Position numbers and translations under genes: made by a program. Shown here piece after piece: positions 42,982 through 55,947 of a DNA stretch of 64,000 bases. Numbering within the stretch: the first letter of the stretch is position 1; every line of letters starts with the position of its first letter. Under the pieces are notes generated by a model. That model made no database searches. It was not told the origin of the DNA and saw only the letters and a program-made list of their open reading frames with translations. The DNA comes from Amoebidium appalachense (Eukaryota; Protista; Ichthyosporea), in the NCBI GenBank assembly GCA_963693365.1, contig CAVNZM010000005.1, forward strand, positions 8,660,334 to 8,724,333, read 5' to 3'.

Positions 42982-43965
42982 GTTGTAAAGAAAAGCTGTG
43001 TGACCTACCTGCAGGCTTAAAAGCTAAAAGCATAAAAAGACTTAGAAGCATACAGATCATCTCTCTACCTCCCACCCCCCCCCCCCCCCTCTCCTCACTC
43101 CCCCCCCCCTTCCCCTCCCCCCTCCCCTTTCCTCCCCTCCCCTCCTCCCCCCCCCCCCCCCCTTCCCCAGGGCAGGAAAAAATATTTGCGCTAGAGTAGA
43201 CACACACTCCATCTCCCTCTTGGAAACCCCCAGCGCCAGTTCATCAGGGGTCTGTAAATCTCTGTGATTATCTTCCCACTCTGTCAAAAACCTCCCCCTA
43301 CTCCCTCCTCTACCCCCTCTCCCATCCCTCCCCCCTCCTCCCCCCTTCCTATCTCTCCCTCCTCCCACCCTCCCCCTCCCTTTCTTTGCTCTCCCCCGAG
43401 ACACCCACATACGTCCAGGGGTAAAAACAAAGCCCCCGTGAATATCGCGCATCCATCGGGGCCGGAATATTAAACTTAGTCAATATAATAATTGAAATGG
43501 TTGAACGTTGGAACGAGCACCGTGTTATAATTGTCGTGTGTTCAGTCAAGGCACCTTTCCCATTATCGAGATTAGGGCAAAAACCCTGGGCTATGTTGTG
43601 TGTTAGTTGTTAGGATTGGTAAATGTGTGTTAGTTTAGCCGATTGCACAATTAGCACCCTATTAGGGTAGAGTCAGTGCTTAGTGGAAGACGGTAGTTTT
43701 TTTGAGGGACCTCTAAGAGGCTCTTCCGGGGTTAAAAAACGTAAACCTAAACACTCGATAAAAATAAATAGTTCAAACAAGGCACACAATCTTTACAAAC
43801 CTGGACTTAGTTTAGAATTTGCACACAAATTCACGGCTTAGTCTCGGTTCCTAACTTAGAGAATTTCACTGCCATCAAAGAAACCCCTCCCCCCCCTCCC
43901 TTCCCCTCCCCCCCTCCGCTCCCCTTCCCCCTCCCCCCCCTTGACCCCCCCTGACCCCCTTGCCC

Positions 43966-44004
<39 letters not shown>

Positions 44005-44386
44005 ACACACACACCTCTCCTGGTTAGCTTTTTACTCGTTCCGTGTGTTCAGAGCTACGTTCAGTGTTTCTCTCTCTCCCCCCCCCCCCCCCCCCCTCCT
44101 TCCTCCCCCCCGTTTGCCCTCCCTCACTCCTGCCCCCCACTCCCTTCTCTAGTCCTTGCACTTGTCTCCTTCTTCATTCAGGCCTCCCGGCCCCCCCCTT
44201 CTGCCTGCCCGCCCCTTGCCGGACTTCTGATATTTGGCAATATCTCTGCACCTCCCCCACCTCCCCCTTCCCCCCCGTTTCAGCGTGCCCCATGCACCCG
44301 CACACCAACCCATCCACCAACACCACGTTTTCACATCCCCCCCCCCCTCGCTCCTCCCCCCCTCCCCCCCCCCCCTCTCCCCCCCC

Positions 44387-44420
<34 letters not shown>

Positions 44421-44499
44421 TCACACATACACCCCCCTCGCGCCCTGTTTTTCTCAATCTAAAATCCCAAATAATAGAGCAATCAACCTAGGAAAAGCC

Positions 44500-44556
<57 letters not shown>

Positions 44557-45131
44557 ACAAAAAAAAAAAAAAACCAAAAAAAAAAAACCAGAAAAGCTGG
44601 GAAAGCGTTCCGACACATTGACAACAAGGACCACACGTTTTTTTAAATAAGACGAGGGAAACCACCGCGCAGAAAGCAACTGCACCGCCAGCACTGAGCT
44701 GCACCCATTGGCCAAATATCATGCAGGCCTATGGTGGTAACCCCCTCCCTGCCCCGGGGGAAGGGGGAGAAGGTGGGGGGGGGGGGGGGGAGGGGGGGAG
44801 GGGGAGGGGGGCGGAAGGGAGGACAAGCTAATGGTTAACCCTCATGGGTGGGTGTGACTACCCTCCCTCTCCCCCACTCCCCTCCTCCCCCCCCCTCCCC
44901 CCCTTTCCCTTGCGCACTTTGGCCAAACATTTCTCTCTCTCCTTTAACGCTGCCGGCCAACCTATGTGAAGTCAACGCATGTGTATGTGGTGCGCAATGT
45001 GTGTGTTTTTTTCCGTGTGTGTGCTTGTGGAACGGTACCACGTTTTCCAGCATGTGCCAACGTGTGTAAACACTGTGTTGTTGGACGAATGCAGCTGTGT
45101 GCCGGATGTGTGTGTGTGTGTGTGTGTAATG

Positions 45132-45200
<69 letters not shown>

Positions 45201-45327
45201 TGTGGGTGTGTGCACGCGCGAGCGCGCCACAGTGCCACGTTGTTCATCCACAGTGCATAAGGTACCGTGAGTGTCTATAGCTACTGTGTCGGTGCACATT
45301 GCCCACGCACACACGTGTGTTTTTGTG

Positions 45328-45373
<46 letters not shown>

Positions 45374-45863
45374 AAAACCACACCCATATCCATCGTAAGC
45401 TCCACCACAAATTTGGCAAGAAAATTTTCACACTGGTAGTTAAACCAATGAAATCGTGTGCTTATAATCATTAGTATTGGAAGGGTTTGAATGGAGGGGA
45501 GGGCTGGCCCTGGCACCGATGAGGATGTAGCAAAAGCCCCGGATTAATAATTGTGTAGGTACTGCCGTTTAGATTGGTAACTGTGTGTGAGTTCAGCTGA
45601 TTGCACCATTTGATTTAGTTAAGCAATCTAAATAGTACAAGGGCAAAGTCGGCGGAAGATTGAGTTTATATATCATCATGAGGGGGCTACTTCGGGGAGC
45701 ACGTGTATTCGCTAAGAGAATGGGGGTCAGGGTGGGGGTAGGGGGAGACAGAGGTAGAGAGAGGGATCTAGAGGGAGGGAGAGAGGGAGGGAGGGGGGTA
45801 GGGAGGGGGGGGGGGGGGATGAGAAAGAGAGAGAGAGAGAGGGGGGGGGGGTTGGAGAGCGGG

Positions 45864-45898
<35 letters not shown>

Positions 45899-45913
45899 CC
45901 TAGAGAGAGGGCC

Positions 45914-45982
<69 letters not shown>

Positions 45983-46016
45983 GAGAGGGACGGAGAGGGA
46001 GAGGGCGGGGGGGAGA

Positions 46017-46105
<89 letters not shown>

Positions 46106-48066
46106 GGAGAGAGGGATGGAGCCTGGACGGAGGGAGGGAGGGAGGGAACGGGGGGCGAAGAGGGGATGGGGAGGGGGGAGGGAGAGAGATGGAGAAGGAG
46201 GGGGTGAGGGGGATCATGATATGATAAGAATAGTCGTGGCATCCTGTCACGGGGGGTGGGTGGCCTTAGGTCCCCCCCCCCCCCCCCCCTCCCCCCCAAA
46301 AGGACCCCCACCCCGGCCACCTCCTCCCTTATTATCCCCGGGCAAAGCTGCATGCAGGCCTGCTAGCCACCCTTCCAAAACCCCTCCCTTCTCCCCCTCC
46401 CCACCCCCCCCCCTCCCCCCTCCACTTGAAGTTGCTATCCCCCCACCCCCCCCATCCCCCCTCCCTGCGCGCCCTCCGTTTCAGGGAAATCAAGCTTCCT
46501 TCGCTGCAAACACACAACTTAACAAGTATCTGACAACACACGTGCACACAGTCAACATAAAACATTTACATCACGCGTACACAGGCAGAAATACGCACGC
46601 ACACGTACTGAGCTGATACCGGGGGGCGGGGGGGGGGGGGGGGGGGGGGGGGGGGGAGGGGGGGGGGGAGGGGGGGGGGGAGGGGGGAGGGGGGGGGGGG
46701 GGGAGTCTGAGGGGGATGGAGCCGGGGAGGGGAGTCTCCGGGAGGAAAGGGCCTGCACCGGTACCCTATTGGCGGGTTCAAACTCGAGCCGGCCCCCCCC
46801 CCCTCTCTCCTCTCCCTCGCGCAACCTCTCTAGCTTTTTGTTGGTTATAGTGCACAAATGATGTGGGTTGGAAGTACTTGGCCGTTTGATAACCTTGTGA
46901 TGACACTACATAGGCAAACAACTATAAACTACGTGATTCATGCATCATGTGGGCTCGCGAGGCCTGCACAAGACCTGCCAGAGAGGCTGGGGCCTCGGTG
47001 GAAACAGGGAAACATCGAATGTACATGAACGGACCCGATGCACGCCGATTTTAATTGGGTTCTTTTACTTCTGGCGGTAGCCAATCATTAATCTACACGA
47101 ATCAAAATAAGGCGGACTAAACCCAAAACAGGCGATTTTTATGCTGAAAACAATGATTGGGTGGTTTCGACGGATACATATCATAAAGTAAGAGTGGGAA
47201 CATCAGAACAAATTGCAGGGCATAAGTAAAAGTTCACTAACTAGCGCAAATAAGAATATATAGAATTTAATATTTTGTACCTATGTAATAACATAGCGTG
47301 CTAATCGACAATGGGTTTCAAGTTGTATGCAACAAATTTCTTCAGCTATGCGTTACGCCCAATCACATCATTGCAAGTGTTACACTATAGCCGGTTACAT
47401 TCCTTTTGAATCCTTTTTTTATGTGCCAATGAACGATTTTACATAACAATTTAATGTGCATTTCAAAAGACCTGCGGGCAGAACAAGTCACGAACAGATT
47501 TGACCACAGTTCTTGCCTTGCCTACTCTTCCATGCCCGCGGTCGACGTTCTTCAAGCGAGGCCACAGCTTTTCTCGCCCTCAGAAAGCAAATCAACCATC
47601 AAACGAACAAACGGTGGGTGTACAGATTTCATTTAGTGCTAGCTGTATATTGATAAAAGAATAGTAATAGGATTCTGTTCTCTGTGGAGATACTTATCAA
47701 TCTTTTCTCTCCTTAGTCGATGTTTGTCCCACGCTCCCAAAGTGAACGTCTGACTAAAGCCGCGTGGCCAAAGCACTTGGCTGCTCCATTTTTTCCCTCC
47801 TGTCGGCATCATACAATCATCAAAGTAATCCACACCCCCTGAGAACACACACATACTCTACACACGCACACACACACGCAAATACTCACACGCACACACA
47901 CGAAAGTTCTTAGACGTACTTTCACACGTACACACGCACACACACACGCTCACGGAAAGACAAGCCACAACACTCCTCTACAGTCTATCTAAAACAAAGG
48001 GACCCCTTTCTCCCTCCTCCTCCCCCATCACAACCCTCCCCACCCCGTAGAAAACAGAAGTAGAAA

Positions 48067-49095
48067 ATGAGGTGGGTTGCACCGCATACTGCCGTTGTGT
48101 GCCTTTGGGCCGCCAACATGGCCAAGGCTCAGTCATTCTCCAACTTCGACACAGCCGCCCCCACCCCAAGCAACAACATATTCAACACCGACGTTTTCAA
48201 CACCGACATTTTCAACACAGGAATCGCTCAACCGACTACAGACAGCTTCGCGACGCCGTCAGACACCAACGCGGGTTTCCCGACCGACCCGAACAGCGGT
48301 GGTGTGGTTAATACGGACGCGACCGGAGGACGGTTAAATCCTACGGACGCGACCGGAGGAGGGTTAAATCCTACGGACGCGACCGGAGGAGGGTTAAATC
48401 CTACGGACGCGACCGGAGGAGGGTTAAATCCTACGGACGCGACCGGAGGAGGGTTAAATCCTACGGACGCGACCGGAGGAGGGTTAAATCCTACGGACAC
48501 CGGGATAACGGGGACTGGTGGGGCTACAGAGACCCAGGAGCCGTTCCCCCCTACTTTTACCACCCCGTCATATGGTATCCCGGATCTCACTCCCACAAAC
48601 CCCCCCAACGACCCGAATTTGTGGCCGCAGGTTCCCGCGACGTTTGACATGTGGTGCGAGGATTACGTCAACTACAAAGGTATTGATTTTCTCCTTTGCA
48701 TTTTCACATTTTGTTTTTATTTTTTCCCGTTTCACCCTCACAGAGGCTTATCGTCATCCACTTAGCGCTGATCATACTGTGCCCCTGATTGGGCTACATG
48801 CATCCGATTCACATTACATCAGTTATTGCAAATAATTTTTCTCTCATGCATCAGCCTGCAAAACAGATATTCAGGCCCGACGTAATGGTTAGGGAAGAGT
48901 ATGATTGCACATGTTTTGATCTTCTTAAAGTTTACCCCTGTGCAAGTGGTTGTGTATGGTTTTTGGAAGACAAGGAAGTATCTGCTGAAAGGGCATGGGT
49001 GCATTTGAAGACAATGGTGGTGGTGTAGTGAGGGAGGAAGGGATGGGCGTTGTTGTTGTGGGATCTGGTATTCGAAAATTATCTATTCATGACGG

Positions 49096-49127
<32 letters not shown>

Positions 49128-50006
49128 ACCACACACACACACACACACACCACCCACCCACCCACCCACCCACCCACCCACCCACGCTGCTTTCCTCAAA
49201 AAGATCCAAAAAAAAAAGAAGAAGAAGAAAAAGAAAAAAAAGAAGAAAGCAAAAAGGCACCACTTCCATCGCTGCCGCTACCACGCCAGAAACACACAGA
49301 CACACCCGCGCTATCATCACCGCCATCATGAATACCTCACCCCACCACCGAAAAGGCACTGTAAAAAACGCAAAGGAACTCACGATGCATACGAGTTTCA
49401 CTCACCTATAATGCTAATCAACACACTTCCTCACACACAGCCTACACATTACCTGTAACATATTTTAACATATTTCTACCTGTAACATATTTTAACACAC
49501 GTCTACCTTTAACATATTTTAACATACTTCTACCTTTAACATATGTTTAACTTAACATACTTCTACCCCCTTTTTAACACAGGTATCAACTGCTATAACG
49601 GCCCTCGTCCCAACACAAAATGCAACATTCTCTACGGGAACCAAAACACCGACAACCCCACCCCGGGTTGCACTCCCGACCGCTGCTGCCGCAGTGCAAA
49701 AGTCAAAATCCCGTGCAAGGATTCGCCCTACGTTACGTGCACCGGCAAGGACCTGAAAGCCAATAGAAAGTGTGTGAAAACGGCCCAGCCAATCAACAAC
49801 AAGGAAGCCTGCGGAAACCTCCGGTGCTGCTCCAATCGTCCGCGCCCTACCGACTGCTATACATACATCACCAAGAATCAGCTTGAGTGCGGTATTATTA
49901 GCCCCGGGGTGGGCTGGCAGGGTACTCTTCAAAATAAGGCCTGCTGGGAGTCCCCCCGTGGCACTGTTTGCAGTCTGGACTACTGCTGCGGGTGAGCTCC
50001 TCCTCC

Positions 50007-50055
<49 letters not shown>

Positions 50056-50270
50056 CCTCCCCCCCCCTCCCGCGGGGACCTGCTGCCTGCCCTCACTGAC
50101 ACGTCGCCCTTTTTCAAGCCTGTCTGTTTTTTGCCCCACACTCTCCTGCTTCCTTTGTTCTCTCCGACTCTCCCGTTTGCTCCGTTTCCCTTTCTGCGAC
50201 CAATGCGCCGACACAACCACCATCACAAGTCCCCCCCCCCCCCCCCCCCCCCCCTCCCCATTCCCCCCCT

Positions 50271-50316
<46 letters not shown>

Positions 50317-50960
50317 ACCCTCCCCCCACCCTCCCCCGGGGACCTGCTGCCTGGCCTCACTGACACGTCGCCCTTTTTCAAGCCTGTCTGTTTTTTTGCC
50401 CCACACTCTCCTGCTTCCTTTGTTCTCTCCGACTCTCCCGTTGGCTCCGTTTCCCTTTCTGGGACCAATGTGCCGACACAACCACCATCACAAGTCCCCC
50501 CCCCTCCCCTCCCCATTCCCCCCATTCCCCCCCCCCTCCCCTCCCCCCCGCATATAAATAAATAAAAATACTAAAAATCAAAATCTTGGAAAAAAGGAAC
50601 TTTCCATGTTGTGACTTCACATCCTGCCCACACCAACAATCACACCCAATCACACATGTACACAGTAGTGCCTATGCTATCTCAAAACTACCCCCCCCCC
50701 CCCCCTCCCCCTCCCCCCCGATTTGAGTTACCTTCTTTTCGCACCCTATCAGATCCCCCCGTCACCTCAGGACATGCAGGCATCAACGTATACATGTCCC
50801 CTTCCCCCCCCCCCCCCCCCCCCCCCCTCCTCCCCCCCACCCCCAAACACACACACACAAACCACCTCCCCTTTGTCGTGCTTGCTGCTCTTTCTGACGA
50901 CATGCATTACACAGAGAGCTCCAGAATGCAATTGACAGCATGATTGGAGGTCAGCGCTAG
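48067..50960 (+). CDS. Putative secreted protein: signal peptide, Thr/Gly/Pro-rich repeat stalk, three 6-cysteine modules
   Basis: Exons 48067-48679, 49583-49991 and 50915-50960 are phase-consistent (ends ...YCCGELQNAIDSMIGGQR*); hydrophobic N-terminus ending AKA-Q; branch-like CTGAC before the last acceptor. Confidence 0.75.
48312..48498 (+). repeat. Coding 30-bp tandem repeat x6 (TDATGGGLNP)
   Basis: tacggacgcgaccggaggagggttaaatcc six times, nearly identical. Confidence 0.95.
49450..49568 (+). repeat. ~27-bp intronic tandem repeat x4 directly before an acceptor
   Basis: acct(g/t)taacatattttaaca...ct units. Confidence 0.8.
50041..50500. repeat. ~260-bp-period intronic tandem duplication
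   Basis: ggggacctgctgcctg...tcactgacacgtcgccctttttcaagcctgtctg...gccgacacaaccaccatcacaagt occurs twice. Confidence 0.85.
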
Positions 50961-51614
50961 TCATAGAACACGGCATACACCCAGCAAATCTCTTGGTTTC
51001 TTTCCGTTTTTCGCCTGCGTTTTCCATGTTTTCCGATGTCTTTCTTGTTTCCCGCGTCCTCACATCACACCATGAGAAAAGAGCACACATAGCACACATC
51101 GGTAAGCACCCTTTTCTGTTTATTCCCTTGTTGCAATGCTTACTTTAATTGGCCCCGGGGGCGTTAGAACATGTTTCAAGCATGCTTTTGACCTTTTTCT
51201 ACTTTCAGTCTTGCAAGTAATAGCATTCCTGGTGGATGTTGTGATCGGCAACGATCGGAGATTGTACCGATTTGAAATTATGTAAATTAAAGCTGCAGTG
51301 CAGTATTTAGGCTGGCCCTTATGGCATTTTCATTCAAAGAAATAGAAACGAAAAAACGAAAAACAGAAAAAAGGAAAGATGTCTGTAACTATTTTACGAA
51401 CATATGAAGACGGATGCCTGTACCTTTTGTTAGCATATCATTTTGACAAATTTACAATAAAATCATTTACAGTCACGGTTTCATGTCATGTGCTGTGTTT
51501 GTTTCCGCACTTAAAACGCTGTTCGACTTACATTATGATGATAGCAGGAGGCAAAGCAACTTAACACCCCCCCCCCCCCCCCCCCCCCCCCCTTCTCCCC
51601 CCCCCCCACCTTCC

Positions 51615-51655
<41 letters not shown>

Positions 51656-51758
51656 AAAAAACAAAAAACACCACCACCAACACCACCACCAGTCCCTCGC
51701 TATTTCCGTCCACGAATATAAACCATACTGTAACACAGTGACCCTCACGGACCCCCAC

Positions 51759-51803
<45 letters not shown>

Positions 51804-51812
51804 GAGAGGGGG

Positions 51813-51982
<170 letters not shown>

Positions 51983-52303
51983 ATGATTGACACAGATGCA
52001 CGTTTACCCGCCTGGTGCACATGTCAACGTTTGCTCAGCCGGCAGATGGTGCCTGCATCATTTGTGCACGACGTGTTCGTGTCTCAAGTTCTCCTTCATC
52101 CATGTAAACTGTGTTGTCATTTGCTTGGGCTACTTAAGGTTGGGACCAGGCCCCCTCCCCTTCCCCCCCCCCCCCCCCCCCCTCCCCCCCCCCCCCCCTC
52201 CCCCCCCCCTTGCTCTGTGTCGTGCATCTGTAAGCACATGCGCATTTTTGCTGCATTGCTTTAGTTTGCATACACATCTTCACCGTTTTGCTCACCTTGC
52301 TTG

Positions 52304-52456
52304 CATAAGCAACCCTGCTCGTCTTTGATCAAGACGGGTCGACCCTCCCAAGTTCAGTTGATGCTGCTGTCTGAGTTGGAGAGTCGTATGTACGCGGGCT
52401 AAGGGGTCGAAACTCAGACGGACTTGGGCCCTCCCTGAGGATGGGCTCTGCTTATG
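52304..52456 (+). ncRNA. Structured RNA motif copy B1 (ribozyme-like)
   Basis: Closing stem CAUAAGC/GCUUAUG; hairpin CUCGUCUU/AAGACGGG; GACCC/GGGUC; AGUC/GGCU; GUCUGAGUU/AACUCAGAC; conserved GAAA and CUGAGGA; covaries with copy A. Confidence 0.65.
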
Positions 52457-52747
52457 ACGCATACTGTGCGCATGGCTGATGTTGCATACTTGAATGTTTG
52501 CCTTTGCATGTGTCCTGCACCATGCTTCTCATCGTGTATGCGTACTTCGTACCGTGTTCCGCATTCAAACCCCCCCAGTCTTCTTTCAGAGGTGTCCATT
52601 CAGGACAGCCCACTGTGTGGAGACCCCTTTACTTCCATGCAACCGGGCATGGTTGCTCTGTGTCGTGCATCTGTAAGCACATACACATTTTTCGCTGCAC
52701 TGCTTTAGTTTGCACACACATCTTCACCGTTTTGCTCACCTTGCTTG

Positions 52748-52908
52748 CATAAGCAGCCCTGCTCGTCTTTGATCAAGACGGGTTGACCCTCCCAAGTTCA
52801 GTTGATGCTGCTGTCTGAGTGGGAGAGTCGTATATACGCGGGCTAAGGGGTCGAAACTCAGACGCAATTGATGACTTGGGCCCTCCCTGAGGATTGGCTC
52901 TGCTTATG
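52748..52908 (+). ncRNA. Structured RNA motif copy B2
   Basis: Near-identical to B1; its 8-nt insertion falls in a predicted loop/linker. Confidence 0.6.
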
Positions 52909-53500
52909 ACGCATACTGTGCGCATGGCTGATGTTGCATACTTGAATGTTTGCCTTTGCATGTGTCCTGCACCATGCTTCTCATGCGTGTATGCGTACTT
53001 CGTACCGTGTTCCGCATTCAACCCCCCCCCCCTCCTTCCCCCCGTTGTCTCTTTAAATTTGGTACTTTTGGTAGAGGGGGTTCGCTCCAGGTGTATTCTG
53101 AGAGCCGGGAGACTGTCCGGTTGAAGAAGTTGACTCATGGTCAGGCATATGTATAGCCTTATAAAAGTTTATGACTTCAAGTGACTGCTTATAACCTTTT
53201 TTCTTACAATAAACAAATTCAACGATATAAAAAATATATGCATAGCGTATGCCTACTGCTTTATAAAAATTTCAGCTCCGTCTGACGACTGAACACTCAG
53301 TAATAACATAAACAATTACACATTGTCAAGCCTGTAACTTTTCACCGTGTTGGCGGACTGCAGGCTACCATCCTATATATATATCCCCTCCCTTCTCCCC
53401 CCAAAAAAAACAAAACACCCACGGCCGGCCATGGACCTAACACGTACTGACGTGTTGCCGCACGTGCGACGTTTAACATCTACTCAGGCGGCTTTAAGTA

Positions 53501-53532
<32 letters not shown>

Positions 53533-54504
53533 GAGACACCGCCTCAGTAGGTGGTAGGCCATGGACCCACCCACCCGCACACACGTGCGTTTCATTAACA
53601 GGGGCGGCCCGAGCTCCCCCGGCCCCTACTGTAATAACAGCGAACCAAAATTCCCACGGTGAACGCTTTAGCCCCATCCTCCGAGGTACCACTGCCCCCC
53701 CCCCCCCTTTTTTTTTTGAAGGTGTAGGTTTTTGTTCTAAGGCCTTTTTGCAAACATGCAATGCATATGCACCAAAAAAAAAAGGGGGGGGGGGCAGCGG
53801 TGTTGACAATTGTAATGGGAACGGCTCTCGTAGGCCCAGTGGATGGGAATTGTACATGTTACATGTACCAGTGGGCTTGGGGTTCAAGTTGGGGAGCCAC
53901 GGATGGGCAGGCGGGCGGGGCGGGTACGATAGACATGTGCAAAGACTCCTTGCCTGTGTAATGTGTTAGAGTGTTTACCATGAAACGACCGCAAAACGAA
54001 CAGTATAATATACATATATGGCTATGTTTTGCCTTACATATTCAACTTCTCTAATCATTGTGACCGGTCAGCCTATCCCGGATATATATATATATATATA
54101 TCAAAATACACCCCGTGTGAACGTTTGAAAGTCATCAACTTGCATACATGTATATATGCACGCATGATTGTCCCCTTGCGAGGGAAAAGCGTCACCGTGA
54201 TTTGCAGCCAGAAGCACGGCATTTCTGCACGTTACTCTTGCAGAATCCAAGAAATATTGGATAATCCAAGAAAAAAAAGGATATCCCCACAGGTTTACGC
54301 CTATACCACCTGTCTACTCAGGGACTAACCTAACGGTTCTGCCCCATTGATGATACACAACACGTACCCCCCCCCCCCCCCCCCAAAACAAAAAAAAGGA
54401 GCAAAGACAGAATTTGTTGGATGCAAGAAAAAAGGTACACGTAGAAAAGGCTAAAAATGTGCACTAAAGGAAACCATTGGAGTGGGGTAGTGAAAAAGGG
54501 GAGG

Positions 54505-54542
<38 letters not shown>

Positions 54543-55508
54543 AAAGAAATGAAAAAGAGAGACAATAGGGAAGGAAGAAAGAAAGGGGAAAAAAACAAAA
54601 AGGACAAGGGGAGAAGAGGCAGGGAGGACACTAGATACGAGAACAATATTCGAAGTTGGCAACACCAAAGCATCTAGGAAAACACCGAGGGGGGCCATAA
54701 AAACAACAAACCACAAAAACAAAAAACGTCAATGGAAAGACCACTTCCTTCGTAAAGGGGTCTCAATACCTATTGTAGAACTAAATGCCTACAACATACA
54801 CAAACCAACCAAACACACCATATCATACATGCTGCGCACGTAAATATATACCAATACCCACACACAAACACACATTCTCTCACACCGTGATTAACACCAT
54901 CTATAACCTATAGAGTCTAAGAGCCAAGTACAAACACCCCTTGACTCCAACCCCTCCTGCCTTTACCATGGCCGGTTTTGACCATTCGCTTGTGGGCTCT
55001 TACAGATCTCTACCGCCTGGGTGCCTGCTTTCTGGGTGTGTGGAAGACGAAGAAGAAGGGAGAAAGGAAGGAGGAGGAGGAAGAGACAGAGGGGGGGAAG
55101 GGTGGCATTGTCAGCAAAAATCCGTGTGTTGAAATGGTTGGCTGGGTGTGGGTGCCATTTTGTCCTCGACCCCCCCCCCCCCCCCCCCCCCTCTCTCTTT
55201 TTAATAGGGCAAAAGGAAGGACGGAAGGAAGGACGGAAGGAAGGAAGGAAGGAAGGAAGGAAGGAGGGGGGGGGGGGGGGGGGGGGGGGGGAGGAGGGCA
55301 GGTAGAACAGAGTGAAATCCATTCAAACCAGGTCCCTTGTTTCACTTCGAAAAAAATTAAACCCCTGCACTAGCACTTCCCAATTTCAAAAGAGATCTAA
55401 AGGTCCCAATGCCCCCCACACAGTGCAAGGTTTTCAAACACGAACTTGGCATCGATACAATAACATACAGGAACACAACAAACCACCCCAAACAAAACGA
55501 GGAAAGAG

Positions 55509-55542
<34 letters not shown>

Positions 55543-55630
55543 CCCCACACACACACAACAGAGACACCACCGCCGACACAAAAAAAAAAAAAAAAAAAAA
55601 AAAAAGGACAAGGAGTCACGCCGGGGCACC

Positions 55631-55673
<43 letters not shown>

Positions 55674-55947
55674 GGGGGGGAGATCAGGTAAGGGCGGCAG
55701 TCGTCAAATCAATCTGCAGTGAAGTGAAGGCGAGGAGATAGCACTCAAGTCTCAAAATCAATAAGGCTGCATGCATCCCAGACACAACAAAAATCTGAAA
55801 CAAAGTACAAAGTACAAAGTACAAAGCCAACCCCCCCCCCCTTCTCACCAGTTTTTTTTTTGCCCCAAAACAAACTCAAGGGAGCTAAAAACCACACAAA
55901 AAAGGAAAACCATACCTTCAAACATCTTTGCCCCCCCGGTTGAAACA

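Larger units (their letters stand above)
52210..53021 (+). repeat. Tandem duplication (period ~444 bp), each unit containing the structured RNA motif
   Basis: 52210-52568 matches 52653-53021 with a few substitutions and small indels. Confidence 0.9.

Noticed and set aside
48312-48498. Regular 30-bp repeats as a possible CRISPR array
   Set aside because: No unique spacers, in-frame coding repeat, eukaryotic context.
52329-52342. Reverse complement CGACCCGTCTTGA resembles a conserved LSU rRNA segment
   Set aside because: The match stops after 13 nt and there is no further rRNA similarity.
52396-52410. GGCUAAGGGG resembles the HDV antigenomic J4/2-P2 segment
   Set aside because: No P1/P3/L3 (UCCUCG) arrangement could be built, and the would-be catalytic C is U in copy A.
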